Shown here piece by piece: positions 1-11,789 of a DNA stretch of 64,000 bases (position 1 is the first letter of the stretch; every line of letters begins with the position of its first letter). The notes beneath the pieces are model-generated. The model was not told the origin of the DNA. It ran no database searches and worked only from the letters and a program-made list of their open reading frames with translations. The position numbers and the translations under genes were made by a program. Source of the stretch: Phoronis australis (taxonomy: Eukaryota; Animalia; Phoronida). Where the stretch lies: assembly GCA_002633005.1 (NCBI GenBank), contig NMRA01000223.1, positions 1 to 64,000 of the forward strand, in the 5' to 3' direction.

Positions 1-172
1 ATACTGATCAACTAATGTCGAACTGATAAAGTTTTGTGCCTGCGTTAGCACAAGAATGGCTACTGATCAACTCATGTTATAATCAGATAGAGTTTTGTGG
101 CTGTGTTCGGACAGCAATAGCTACTGATCAACTCATGTTTTAATCAGATACTTTCGTGCCTATGTTAGCACA
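1..172. repeat. ~60-bp diverged tandem repeat, 3 copies (array may extend left of the window)
   Basis: tactgatcaact...gata..(g)tttt/cgtg(c/g)ct recurs at 2, 61 and 122. Confidence 0.8.
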
Positions 173-757
173 CCAGTCTTCATACAAAATATCCTTGACA
201 AGTTTAAAACAAAACATTTTCTGAACTGTTCATTATCTAATTTTCTATTGACCAGAATTTTTAAAACACAAGCACTATTGCTATAAAGGTTCTGTAGCAA
301 AATGGCTGACTATAATCAAATGAATTTCATCATTGCCAAGAAAACTGCCAATGGTAGGATATAACGTGACCACATTTTGTAAACCGGCACGTTTTATCTG
401 ACTATTGAACTTAAAATCGAAATTAGTCCTTACAGTATAAGATTAACTTTCAAACAAATTCAAAATTATTTGTCTATCATTCTGTGTTCAAGTACAATAT
501 GGTTTACGCAGGTGACTGTTTAGTCCAAGTTTGAAATTGATGAGAATTGACTTTGAGATACAACTGCAAGTAAAAGCTCAGCTCTTTGAGCAACAACTCA
601 AGATTTCAAGTTCAAACTAGAAGTTATAGTTTTCAAGATATGGCCATCAAGTACAAATTTGGGTTAGATAGTCATCCATGTAAGCCATAACCATAACATG
701 TTATTTCAAAAATAATTTGGAGTTTGGTTTTGAGTACAAGAATTAGACCCAAGCCCT

Positions 758-1101
758 GGGCTGCATTCCATAAACATACAAAACTGCCTCATGAAAAAGC
801 AAGATCACGCAAGTCTTTGTGAGATATTGTCATGCATTACAAGCAAAGCAGTGACCATGGAAGTCTTCATGAGATATTGTCATGCATAACAACCAAAGCA
901 GTGATCACGCAAGTCTTCGTGAGATATTGTCATGCATAACAACCAAAGCAGTGATCACGCAAGTCTTTGTGAGATATTGTCATGCATTACAAGCAAAGCA
1001 GTGACCATGGAAGTCTTCATGAGATATTGTCATGCATAACAACCAAAGCAGTGATCACGCAAGTCTTCGTGAGATATCACAATTTATTAGAAGTGAAGCC
1101 C
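758..1101. repeat. 50-bp tandem array (~5.5 copies, 803-1077) between imperfect terminal inverted repeats; possible MITE
   Basis: Unit gatcacgcaagtcttYgtgagatattgtcatgcatWacaaScaaagcagt. The ends gggctgcattccataaa and tttattagaagtgaagccc are roughly reverse complements. Confidence 0.7.
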
Positions 1102-1161
1102 GTGATTATGCTAGCTTTACTAGCTTAAGTCTTGTACTCATGGATGATGCCCACTACTTAC

Positions 1162-1300
1162 ACAGAAGCCATCTAGACACCTGAATGAAGGGGGCAGTAG
1201 ACTTGTGCCTCTAGTAAGCAGCTGTACAAGTCTCATCACATACATCTCAGGAAACTCCAGAGTTGTTACAGCCATGTCCTTGCACCAGCACTCTGCTTCT
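1162..1300 (-). CDS. UBE3D: UBE3D-like E3 ubiquitin ligase, C-terminal exon
   Basis: Acceptor tttgcctctAG. Translates EAECWCKDMAVTTLEFPEMYVMRLVQLLTRGTSLLPPSFRCLDGFC, resembling the recalled UBE3D C-terminus (W..D..V..L..P......L...L......LP.S.R....F). A GTAAGT donor follows at 1161-1156; without splicing the frame ends at the stop at 1138-1140. Confidence 0.85.
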
Positions 1301-1785
1301 CTAGAGGCAAACATTGCAAGAGTTGACATGTTATACTTTGAACTGCTACTATGACCTTAAAGTTATAGCTTTAATATTGACAAGAATGCTGACTATGAAT
1401 GCCGCGTGATTTAAAATAAAATTCAATGTCAAGTGCAATAATATTATTACAAAATAATACAACAAAATAATAAATATTTTGCCAGGCACTGGTCAGCAAT
1501 TTCTGTCATCCTTAACAGTCTAAAAAGGCAAAAATTATAATTTGTCTTTAGACCCAACTTCTTCAGTAAGAGTAGACAACCTCACTGTAAACAAGTACAC
1601 AGAGTATTATTTAAAGCCCTGCGGTCTTCTCAGTTTGGAAGCACTGCTATGTGCCCATCATCTTGGAAAAAGCAACAATTGTCAACGAAAGTGCTAACGG
1701 CACAATGAAGCAGAGTGAGTGAACATGATTGGTACAAAAGTTTATAATGACAAGTTCAAAACAATCAATGTCCCCACATACTTAC

Positions 1786-1910
1786 CTCAATGTGAGATCG
1801 TCAAAGCACGTTTTGAAGAGAATTTTGAGTACAGGAGAGGGCACAACATTGACACTGTCTGCGCTGAATGAGTGATAAGCAACCTCTGTGTTGGAGTCAA
1901 ACAGCCAAAC
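1786..1910 (-). CDS. UBE3D: UBE3D-like exon (125 nt, phase 0 to 2)
   Basis: acaacAG ... GTAAG borders. Translates VWLFDSNTEVAYHSFSADSVNVVPSPVLKILFKTCFDDLTL; phase-compatible with both neighbouring exons. Confidence 0.85.
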
Positions 1911-3232
1911 CTGTTGTGTGTTCAAGTGAGGTTTAAATCAACATACTACTCAGCTACAACAGCATATATCACAACAACTTTGTGAATATTATAATGACCA
2001 TAGAAATACACCAAAAACCAACTTCAACAGTTACTACTGAGAAAGTTAAGAGTTATGAAACAGTTGACTGCAGCTGAAATAACAGTGACCGTAAGAAAGC
2101 AAGAATATTCAAGCTTATACAAGAGCAACATGGAGCTTTGAAATGTGCCCACAAATACACCACAAATGGTGTGTTTCTAGGGTTGTTTATTTGTATCATA
2201 AAAATGGCCACTAGATGGAGCAAAATATGTCAAATCCATCCGAAATCAGGAACATTAACATGCCATTATTTCTAAAATAGAAATAAAAATCTGTCATGAT
2301 GGAACTTCAGTGAAACAAAGGAAAACAGAAAAAAGAAATTGCCACTAGGGGCCACAGCGTTCATTGGATCCATCTGAAAGTCATAGCTGTCTGTTGTTAA
2401 CTTCATATAAATACACGTATTAAATCTAATAAAGATTTTACAGCAGGTTTAGGAGATACAGCTATGGCCACAAAACAAAACAAAACAAAACAAAACTGCC
2501 ACTAGAAAGCATCACAGTAGTCGAAGTCGTCATCGTCAACTGTCCTCTTCCACACTGAGAACATTTACGCCAAATTTTCAAAATCACCCTTAGAATAGAT
2601 AGAGGGGCCGACGCCAACAAAAAAAACTCGGAAACAACTAAAATGCTCACTGGGTGACACAAAATACCTCGAACCCATCCGAAAACAGTAGGATAGCGTC
2701 ATCTCACCAATAGATGCCACTATTTCAAATTTTATGAAAATTCGTTGAGGACTTTGAAGAGGTAAAAACTAATATTGCCATTAGGGGGCACACTGGTAGC
2801 CAGATCCGTCCGAAAGTCGTCGTCATCTGTTGTCAACATCATATACATACACTTGCTAAATTTAGTAAAGATCCTGCAGAGAGTTTAGGAGATACAAACA
2901 AGGGCGCAAAACAAAAAAACAAAACTGCCACTAGGTGTCACAGTAGTGAGAACCTGCATGCAAATTTTCACAATCATCCTTAGAGCAGTTTAATTGATTG
3001 AAGGGTGGACACCAAAAAACAGACTCAGAAACTAAAAATGGCCACTGGGTGTCGCAAAATACCTCAAATCCATTCAAAAACGATAGTGTCATCATATAGA
3101 TGCCTATATGCTGCATTTTATAAAAATCCATTGAAGACCCATGTAGATACAGAGGTAAACGTAAAAAAACTAAAATTGCCACTAGGGGGCACACCAGTAC
3201 TCGGACTCGCCTGGAAGTTCGCTCATGCTATC

Positions 3233-3345
3233 TGTAGAATAATAAGAATAAACTAGGTTTATTGGGAACACTGAAACTACGTCGATCTACAATCGTAAGA
3301 TGGTCGTCCGTGTGTGTCCGTAATAACAAAGTCACTTATACTACA
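3233..3345 (-). repeat. 3' LTR (113 bp)
   Basis: TGTAG...CTACA termini; adjacent polypurine tract ttgagggggaga on the minus strand (3346-3357). Confidence 0.97.
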
Positions 3346-3466
3346 TCTCCCCCTCAAGTATCTTAAAGATAAAATTACACTAAACGATACAACAACAAAA
3401 ATAACACAACTAATGAACGCCAAGTTGGAATTCATAATAAAAAGTCATCGTCCACTATCAATATCA

Positions 3467-4792
3467 TCAGTCCTCAAATCCATAACGGATGGGTGGTTTT
3501 CGAACCCGGTGGCTTGGACTACGCAGCGAATGAGTCGGTGAAGTTGGGAGTACCGCCGGTACTGAATCATCGGGTGGTGGTGGCGGCATCATCATGACAT
3601 CTCGCCTATTTCGCGTTATGCTACCTTTATCAGTCTCGAGAGTCACGGAGCGGTCCTTATCCTGCACCACAACTGCCGGACGTTTCATATCGCGAATCAT
3701 TACCGACTGACCTTCATGGTATGTAGGAATCTCCCGTGCACGGTGTCGGGAATCAAATGCTTTTGCCATTTGAATTTTGTAGTCGTGTTCCTTTATCCGC
3801 AGGGAGTCACGATCGAGTTCGACTGGTCTAGCATCAGGAACTGACGGCAAAGTCGTTCGAAGAGTTCGGTTCATATGTAAACGAGCGGGTGACTCTCCAT
3901 TCGCTATGGGAGTATTTCGATATGACAATAAGGCCAGGTTAGGGTCGTCACATTTACGCAAGAGACCCTTTACAGTCTCCACGAATCTTTCTGCTTCCCC
4001 GTTCGCCTGCGGGTAGTTTGGGGAACTCGTCAGAAGGATGAAATCATAGTCCTTTGCAAAGTTAGCGAACTCTGCGGAAGCATAGCAGGGCCCATTGTCC
4101 GACCGAACCACGAACGGAATTCCATGCCTTGTGAAAATTGACTTCATGTGGTTAATCACACAGCTGGATGTCGCCGCTTCTAGTTTGGCTATCTCAGGGT
4201 ACCGCGAATAATAGTCTACCACCAATAGATACTGTGAGCCTTTGTATTCAAACAAATCTGTCCCTAGCGTTTGCCATGGTCCATCGGGCCATTCCGTCGT
4301 CTGGAGTGGCTCGCGTTTTACCGACTGATGCTCACGGCAGCGACGACACGCCTTAAACATGTCCTCGATAGCCAATGACATGCCAGGCCACCATACACAG
4401 GCTTTGGCACGCTCGCGACATTTCGTGATACCGAGATGACCGACATGGATACGTTGTAAGACATCTAATCTTTCAAAGGAAGGAATCACGATGCAATGAC
4501 CCTTCATAAGCAGTCCATCGACCAAAGTCAACTCGTGCTGAACATCCCAGTACGGCTTCAAGATACTTTCTTGAGACGACAAATATTTTGGCCAAGACGT
4601 TTTGCAAAATGATGCGACCTTTTGACACACCTCATCCAATGCTTGTGCATGCTTAATTTCCTCTAGCCTCCTGCTTGTAGCAGGTAAGTTTTGTACCGCT
4701 ACTTTCGCGAACAGTTCGGTGCTTAATTCGAGCACTTCATCCCGGTCCTCAGAGCTGGGGTTTCTCGACAGCATGTCCGCGATTAAGTTGTC
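3467..4792 (-). CDS. Gypsy pol, integrase region (HHCC + DDE)
   Basis: HVGHLGITKC..WWPGM..CRRC, GTDLF, SDNGP, NGEAER; in frame with the upstream RNase H except for a TAA at 4793-4795. Confidence 0.93.
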   Translation of the reverse strand, partial: DNLIADMLSRNPSSEDRDEVLELSTELFAKVAVQNLPATSRRLEEIKHAQALDEVCQKVASFCKTSWPKYLSSQESILKPYWDVQHELTLVDGLLMKGHCIVIPSFERLDVLQRIHVGHLGITKCRERAKACVWWPGMSLAIEDMFKACRRCREHQSVKREPLQTTEWPDGPWQTLGTDLFEYKGSQYLLVVDYYSRYPEIAKLEAATSSCVINHMKSIFTRHGIPFVVRSDNGPCYASAEFANFAKDYDFILLTSSPNYPQANGEAERFVETVKGLLRKCDDPNLALLSYRNTPIANGESPARLHMNRTLRTTLPSVPDARPVELDRDSLRIKEHDYKIQMAKAFDSRHRAREIPTYHEGQSVMIRDMKRPAVVVQDKDRSVTLETDKGSITRNRRDVMMMPPPPPDDSVPAVLPTSPTHSLRSPSHRVRKPPIRYGFED

Positions 4793-6130
4793 TTAGCCGG
4801 AAAGATGCAATACTTCAAAATCAAAACGCATTAGCCTTAAGCGTAGTCTTTGTAACCGGGGAGTCAGATTGTTGGCATCTTTAGTTGAGAGGATGGGAAT
4901 CAAGGGTTTATGATCAGTCTCGAGAATCACTTTCAACCCCACAATATAGTTCCGGTAACGATCACATGCCCATGTCAGAGCAAGGCATTCACGCTCAATA
5001 CATGTATAATTCGACTCAGTCTGCGAAAGCGATCTCGATGCCGCTGCAACCAAGCGACGCGTACCATCCGGCTGCACCTGCGAGAGAGTTGCTCCCAGGC
5101 CACGAAGGCTAGCGTCCGCAGTAACGATAGTTTTGAGTAAAACATCGAACTGGGCAAGTACGTGGGGTTTGCTCAATTCTTGTTTGACCGATGCAAATGC
5201 CTTTGTTTGGGCACAGTCCCAACGCCACACAGAATCTTTGCGCAGCAAAGCGCGCAACGGGGCAGCAAGTTCAGCAAACTTGAGGGAAAACTTTCCATAC
5301 TGATTAATGGCCCCCAGGAAACTTTGAAGTTCCTTGACGTTCTTGGGTTCGGGTATTTTAACTATACTGTCAATAGCTTTAGGGTCTGGCCGAATACCCT
5401 CAGAGTCAATAATATTCCCAGAAACTTGACTTCCGTTTGGCGGTAAACGCATTTCTCTGGATTCAGTGTAAGTCCAGAATGTTCGATTCGTTNTAGCTTT
5501 AGGGTCTGGCCGAATACCCTCAGAGTCAATAATATTCCCCAGAAACTTGACTTCCGTTTGGCGGTAAACGGATTTCTCTGGATTCAGTGTAAGTCCAGAA
5601 TGTTCGATTCGTTTTAGCACTGCAGACAAGCGTATATCGTGTTCTTCCATTGACGCGCCATAAACAAGAATGTCGTCCATATGAACCACTACGCCTGACA
5701 ACCCTTCCAACACGGAGGACATTTCGCGGGAAAAAACCTCCGGTGCGCTAGCCAGACCGAAAGGCAAACGGCAATAGCAATATCTACCGAATGGCGAGAG
5801 AAAAGTTGTGAGTTTTTGCGACTCTGGTGCGAGTTCAATTTGCCAAAACCCGCTATTTGCATCCAGTTTCGAGAACACGCGGCCTTTACTAAGCTGGGCT
5901 AAACTGTCCTCGACATTCGCCATCGGAAATACCTCCCTTTTGACTGCTGCGTTTAGTTTCGTCATGTCAGAACAAATTCTAACCTTTCCGTTCTCTTTCG
6001 GGACCACAACCATAGGTGACACNATGTCAGAACAAATTCTAACCTTTCCGTCCTCTTTTGGGACCACAACCATAGGTGACACCCAGTCGGTGGGTTCCTC
6101 GATGGGCCGTATTACGCCTATCGATTCCAT
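4793..6130 (-). CDS. Gypsy pol, RT + RNase H region (contains N joins with duplicated segments)
   Basis: LDANSGFWQI, LPFGL, HMDDIL; RNase H motifs ADAS..GLGA, ERECLA, TDHKPL. Confidence 0.9.
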   Translation of the reverse strand: MESIGVIRPIEEPTDWVSPMVVVPKEDGKVRICSDXVSPMVVVPKENGKVRICSDMTKLNAAVKREVFPMANVEDSLAQLSKGRVFSKLDANSGFWQIELAPESQKLTTFLSPFGRYCYCRLPFGLASAPEVFSREMSSVLEGLSGVVVHMDDILVYGASMEEHDIRLSAVLKRIEHSGLTLNPEKSVYRQTEVKFLGNIIDSEGIRPDPKAXTNRTFWTYTESREMRLPPNGSQVSGNIIDSEGIRPDPKAIDSIVKIPEPKNVKELQSFLGAINQYGKFSLKFAELAAPLRALLRKDSVWRWDCAQTKAFASVKQELSKPHVLAQFDVLLKTIVTADASLRGLGATLSQVQPDGTRRLVAAASRSLSQTESNYTCIERECLALTWACDRYRNYIVGLKVILETDHKPLIPILSTKDANNLTPRLQRLRLRLMRFDFEVLHLSG

Positions 6131-7497
6131 TCGTCGAAGCTGAACTTCGGACGAAGCGGAATCGGTACCGGACGAGCCGTGAAAATAGCGTGGGGCTCGT
6201 GCTTATCGTCTAATTTAATGCTGTACTGACGTCCTTTTAACCGACCTAGAGAGCCGTCGGCAATATTCCGGGAACCGTCATCAACAGAATCGACTACCTT
6301 GATCAACCCCAGTCCTATTGATAGCCTCCGAGACAACAAACCGGTGGCCTGTCCGGTAACAACGTACACAGTTTCACGCAAAGTTTTATCCTTGTATTGA
6401 ACTGTGGCGTCAAAGCAACCCGGAACATCCAATTTGATATTTCCAGTCGCAAACAACCGTTTCTGAGACTGATTGAGTTTTGGCCATGGGCCACCCGCAC
6501 ACGGCAATACCGTTACGCCCGCACCTGTGTCTAGTTTAAATTCAAACGTTTTGTCAAAACCTCCCTGGGTGAATATGCGAAGGGGTTTTACAATGTCGTT
6601 TTCACCTGGCGTTATTTCACCTAAGAACTCTCGAGGCATTTCCTCGTGTTTCCCATTACCCAGTCCGGTAGACTTCTTTCACCCCTTCTTGTTGGAGGTG
6701 AGTTTTACATGCAACAGCCCATTGGCCCCGCCGCTTACATTTCCGACATTCCGACGATCGCGCAGGACATCTCTCATCAGTCCCGTGTGCCGTTTTACCG
6801 CACCGAGAGCACTTTGAGATTTCGTTTACCGCACCTACTGATGTCGGATCCCCCACTGTGGCTGTAATTTCGCGAAACTGCATACCTGAGGCTTCTGCCG
6901 CGTGACACGAGTCTAACGCCGCTTCGAGAGAAAGACCGTCCGCATGCCCGCCCTGGCGCAGCAGTTTAGCGCGCAACCCATCATCACGGACACCGAGAAC
7001 GAGCTGATCTTTTATCAAAGATTTTTCAAGTTCCTCGAACTCACACGTTTGCGCCAGTGTGCGCAAGTGTGTCACAAAATTTTTGATGGTTTCTCCCTCC
7101 ATTTGTTTTCTGCTGTGGAATTTGTAACATTCATATGTAACATTTTTTCTTGGTGAACAAAATTCTTCAAACTTGGTCAGGACAATATCCAAGTTTTTGG
7201 AGGCCNGACTCAGTCTGCGAAAGCGATCTCGATGCCGCTGCAACTAAGCGACGCGTACCGTCCGGCTGTACCTGCGAGAGAGTGGCTCCCAGGCCATGAA
7301 GGCTAGCGTCCGCCGTAACGATAGTTTTGAGTGAAACATCGAACTGGGCAAGTACGTGGGGTTTGCTCAATTCTTGTTTGAGCGATGCAAATGCCTCCGT
7401 TTGGGCACAGTCCCAACGCCACACAGAATCTTTGCGCAGCAAAGCGCGCAACGGGGCAGCAAGTTCAGCAAACTTAGGGGAAAACTTTCCGTACTGA

Positions 7498-9429
7498 TTA
7501 ATGGCCCCCAGGAAACTTGACGTTCTTGGGTTCGGGTATTTTAACTATACTGTCAATAGCTTTAGGGTCTGGCCGAATACCCTCAGAGTCAATAATATTC
7601 CCCAGAAACTTGACTTCCGTTAGGCGGTAAACGCATTTCTCTGGATTCAGTGTAAGTCCAGAATGTTCGATTCGTTTTAGCACTGCAGACAAGCGTATAT
7701 CGTGTTCTTCCATTGACGCGCCATAAACAAGAATGTCGTCCATATGAACCACTACGCCTGACAACCCCTCCAACACGGAGGACATTTCGCGGGAAAAAAC
7801 CTCCGGTGTGCTAGTCAGGCCAAAAGGCAAACGGCAATAGCAATATCTACCGAATGGCGAGAGAAAGGTTGTGAGTTTTTGCGACTCCGGTGCGAGTTCA
7901 ATTTGCCAAAACCCCCTATTTGCATCCAGTTTCGAGAACACGCGGCCTTTACTAAGCTGGGCTAAACTGTCCTCGACATTCGCCATCGGAAATACCTCTC
8001 TTTTGACCGCTGCGTTTAGTTTCGTCATGTCAGAACAAATTCTAACCTTTCCGTCCTCTTTTGGGACCACAACCATAGGTGACACCCAGTCGGTGGGTTC
8101 CTCTATGGGCCGTATTACGCCTATCGATTCCATACGTCGAAGTTCAGCTTCGACGACCGGACGAAGCGGAATCGGTACCGGACGAGCCGTGAAAATAGCG
8201 TGGGGCTCGTGCTTATCGTCTAATTTAATGCTGTACTGACGTCCTTTTAACCGACCTAGAGAGCCGTCGGCAATATTCCGGGGACCGTCATCAACAGAAT
8301 CGACTACCTTGATCAACCCCAGTCCTATTGATAGCCTCCGAGACAACAAACCGGTGGCCTGTCCGGTAACAACGTACACGGTTTCACGCAAAGTTTTATC
8401 CTTGTATTGAACTGTGGCGTCAAAGCAACCCGGAACATCCAATTCGATATTTCCAGTCGCAAACAACCGTTTCTGAGACTGATTGAGTTTTGGCCACGGG
8501 CCACCCGCACACGGCAATACCGTTACGCCCGCACCAGTGTCTAGTTTAAATTCAAACGTTTTGTCAAAACCTCCCTGGGTGAATACGCGAAGGGGTTTTA
8601 CAATGTCGTTTTCACCTGGCGTTATTTCACCTAAGAACTCTCGAGGCATTTCCTCGTGTTTCCCATTACCCAGTCCGGTAGAGACTTCTTTCACCCCTTC
8701 TTGTTGGAGGTGAGTTTTACATGCAACAGCCCAGTGGCCCCGCCGCTTACATTTCCGACATTCCGACGATCGCGCAGGACATCTCTCACCAGTCCCGTGT
8801 GCCGTTTTACCGCACCGAGAGCACTTTGAGATTTCGTTTACCGCACCTACCGATGTCGAATCCCCCACTGTGGCTGTAATTTCGCGAAACTGCATACCCG
8901 AGGCTTCTGCCGCGTGACACGAGTCTAACGCCGCTTCGAGAGAAAGACCGTCCGCCTGCCCGCCCTGGCGCAGCAGTTTAGCGCGCAACCCATCATCACG
9001 GACACCGAGAACTAGCTGATCTTTTATCAAAGATTTTTCAAGTTCCCTGAACTCACACGTTTGCGCCAGTGTGCGCAAGTGTGTCACAAAATTTTTGATG
9101 GTTTCTCCCTCCATTTGTTTTCTGCTGTGGAATTTGTAACGTTCATATGTAATATTTTTTCTTGGTGAACAAAATTCTTCAAACTTGGTCAGGACAATAT
9201 CCAAGTTTTTGGAGGCCTCTTCATTTTCAAAACTGATAGTGTTATACAACGCCAATGCGTCGTCTCCAACGCAATGTAAGAATAGCACCACCTTCCGTTC
9301 GTCGGAGAAATCAGTGGCCCCACTCGTCATGAGATACACTTCAAACTTTTGCCGAAATCTCCTCCAGTTTTCAGAGACATTGCCTGAATTGAGGCCTAGA
9401 TCTTCGCTAGGAGGCTTGATGAGTTCCAT
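7498..9429 (-). CDS. Gypsy gag-protease-RT polyprotein (probable start MELIKPP at 9429)
   Basis: Zinc knuckles CSRCGKTAH..C and CRKCKRRGHWAVAC, protease LDTGA, RT HMDD; frameshift near 7515. Confidence 0.93.
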   Translation of the reverse strand: MELIKPPSEDLGLNSGNVSENWRRFRQKFEVYLMTSGATDFSDERKVVLFLHCVGDDALALYNTISFENEEASKNLDIVLTKFEEFCSPRKNITYERYKFHSRKQMEGETIKNFVTHLRTLAQTCEFRELEKSLIKDQLVLGVRDDGLRAKLLRQGGQADGLSLEAALDSCHAAEASGMQFREITATVGDSTSVGAVNEISKCSRCGKTAHGTGERCPARSSECRKCKRRGHWAVACKTHLQQEGVKEVSTGLGNGKHEEMPREFLGEITPGENDIVKPLRVFTQGGFDKTFEFKLDTGAGVTVLPCAGGPWPKLNQSQKRLFATGNIELDVPGCFDATVQYKDKTLRETVYVVTGQATGLLSRRLSIGLGLIKVVDSVDDGPRNIADGSLGRLKGRQYSIKLDDKHEPHAIFTARPVPIPLRPVVEAELRRMESIGVIRPIEEPTDWVSPMVVVPKEDGKVRICSDMTKLNAAVKREVFPMANVEDSLAQLSKGRVFSKLDANRGFWQIELAPESQKLTTFLSPFGRYCYCRLPFGLTSTPEVFSREMSSVLEGLSGVVVHMDDILVYGASMEEHDIRLSAVLKRIEHSGLTLNPEKCVYRLTEVKFLGNIIDSEGIRPDPKAIDSIVKIPEPKNVKFPGGH

Positions 9430-9453
9430 CGTGTAGTTAAAAAGCTGCCACCA

Positions 9454-9566
9454 TGTAGAATAATAAGAATAAACTAGGTTTATTGGGAACACTGAAACTA
9501 CGTCGATCTACAATCGTAAGATGGTCGTCCGTGTGTGTCCGTAATAACAAAGTCACTTATACTACA
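9454..9566 (-). repeat. 5' LTR (113 bp), followed by PBS TGGTGGCAGC (tRNA-Leu-like) at 9444-9453
   Basis: Base-for-base identical to 3233-3345 on visual comparison. Confidence 0.97.
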
Positions 9567-10166
9567 CTATCCAATCCATGAAAGGAACAGATGTGCAAAA
9601 TTTCATGAACATATAAATAAAAGGGTTTTAGAGATAGAGCAGCAGACCCCGGACGGAGGGACGGATGGACGTGGATGACGGCCTGATGCGTCCACATATA
9701 AATATGTGAGCGCATAAAAATATTTAAGTCAGTGAGTAACTCATCGATTTAGTCTGTTTTTGTGGTTGCAGCATCCGCAAGCCACAAACAAAAGGTGTTT
9801 AAAACTAAATGGCGGAGTAGCCACTGATGCTTTCTCAACAACAACTATGCAATACTAATCAGATGTTATTTGCCAACCAATCAGAATGTCATAATGTTAC
9901 TTCTATCTGATAACGAGTGAGAAGCCATGATATTCAATCAATCCACTATGCTATCTCATCTAGCAGTGGAAAAGAGTAAAGTACAACGGTATGCTTCTAA
10001 AGGTGTTTGTCCGCATAATGGGTAAAACATATCTCAAAATGGGACAGCCTTATCTGCAGTTGTCAAATTTCATGCAAATCAGTATTATAATTTTACACAG
10101 TCCAAACAATCAGTTTTCTAGGACCTTTGATGTTCCATAAGATTGAAATGGAGGACGTTTACTTAC

Positions 10167-10284
10167 AAGTAACTTTGGCTCAAGCTTCCCGTCGGCATTT
10201 CTTGATTCAATAAGAAATTTGTAGCTGGTATGAAGCCTTTTCTGGGAACACAACTGTCTTACAAAGAATTTTTCCCAGTCAACA
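10167..10284 (-). CDS. UBE3D: UBE3D-like exon (118 nt)
   Basis: ttttAG/GTAAGT borders; VDWEKFFVRQLCSQKRLHTSYKFLIESRNADGKLEPKLL joins in frame to VWLFD. Confidence 0.85.
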
Positions 10285-10485
10285 CTAAAACGAAAGCGTG
10301 CAATAAACCAACAACCAACTGATAATCCAAAAATTCACTGTATAACTGTAGTGCATATTTGACATATTGAGTATCTCAGAATATGTAACTTTACATAGAA
10401 ACAAAGTAAAACAGACAGTAATCGCAAGGTACTGCCCGAGCTAAGTATCAACACATAGTTTATTTTGAACAACTAAACTACTCAC

Positions 10486-10567
10486 CTATCAATACCATTA
10501 CCCTGGTATGGATTATCAAAGCATACAGCACTGAGGTCAATCTTTAGAGCAGTCTTTGACTGTTGAC
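10486..10567 (-). CDS. UBE3D: UBE3D-like exon (82 nt)
   Basis: cttcAG/GTGAG borders; QQSKTALKIDLSAVCFDNPYQGNGID; phase 1 to 2 fits both neighbours. Confidence 0.75.
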
Positions 10568-11789
10568 CTGAAGACAACAACACAGTCCAATTGTTGGTCA
10601 GCACGTATGAAAACTAAGTTGACAACTAAATTGACAGCACTGTGTTACAAGGCAAAATGAAATTAAAAAAGAATACAAACACTATTTTGATAATTCCAAC
10701 CAATCCTCATTGTGTCACCTGCTAATGCATCATTGACACCAATCTTGAAAGACAAACGCAGGAGTCGACTAAAAACTCAACACTTCCTTTCTTACACAAT
10801 GGACATACCGTAATAGTTCTTGCTGGGGGGGGTCGCCAAAGTTGCCTTATAATTCGTTAAAAGCATACGTCACGCTTGCCCAAATTTTTTAGTGTTGTAC
10901 AGGATAACGGAGCATTATTTCGTTTCAGAGAATTGGATGTGAAAGTTGTTTTNATTGACAGCACTGTGTTACAAGGCAAAATGAAATTAAAAAAGAATAC
11001 AAACACTATTTTGATAATTCCAACCAATCCCCGTTGTGTCACCTGCTAATGCATTATTGACACCAATCTTGAAAGACAAACGCAGGAGTCGACTAAAAAC
11101 TCAACACTTCCTTTCTTACACAATGGGCATACCGTAATAGTTCTTGCTGGGGGGGGTCGCCAAAGTTGCCTTATAATTCGCTAAAAGCATACGTCACGCT
11201 TGCCCAAATTTTTTAGTGTTGTAGAGGATAAGAGCATTATTTCGTTTCAGAGAATTGGATGTGAAAGTTGTTTTTAATATCTGTAATAGGACAAAACTGG
11301 GTTAGGTATCCTTTTTAAGTTCCATAGAGCGCCATCTTTGAAAACCAAATCCTCTTGATTCACGTTTTGTGGAGAAACTCCTGGTTTTGGTTCTATAGTA
11401 GGGCAAGTTATAATCGTTCACTACAAACACATTGTAACATAATGAAGAGCGCATAGTTGAAACACCGAGTTGTGACAAGCACCACACATGCACGCCTCAC
11501 CATTCTGTATTATAAAGCACAGGAAAACGAGAAGTAGGGTAATATATGAGGACTTTTACCACTAAACAGAATGGATAACTAGTACCATGATAAGTTGTCT
11601 TGATTCCTCATAGGAGGTAACGACCAATAAAAGATTGTAGCTCGAGATGAGCTAATTACAAATCATCATATAGTGATCACAGTTGTTCTAATTTGACAGC
11701 TCATTGACTGGTGCGATTGTTTTTTGATGTTTTGATATGAAATTGGTGACTTTAAGCACTTGCTGTTCCCCCACTATTCTCCAACTCAC

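Larger units (their letters stand above)
3233..9566 (-). mobile_element. Ty3/Gypsy LTR retrotransposon (Mag-like), both LTRs present; internal duplications at N joins
   Basis: Identical LTRs, 5-bp TSD CTATC (3228-3232 and 9567-9571), PBS, PPT and domain order gag-PR-RT-RH-IN. Confidence 0.97.
2119..9720. mobile_element. Non-autonomous Helentron/DINE-1-like element with internal ~450-bp repeats, interrupted by the Gypsy insertion
   Basis: Begins acaagagcaaca..gaaatgtgcccaca. Ends with (ggac)n-like repeats, hairpin cacatat-aa-atatgtg and gcgcataaaaa. Same family as 26012-27995. Confidence 0.7.

Noticed and set aside
803-1077. CRISPR-like regular array
   Set aside because: Units are contiguous 50-bp tandem copies without unique spacers, the context is eukaryotic, and there are no cas genes
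5494-7205. Second nested Gypsy or tandem gag-pol
   Set aside because: Every boundary is a single N with overlapping sequence, and there is no extra LTR or TSD, so it is treated as an assembly duplication
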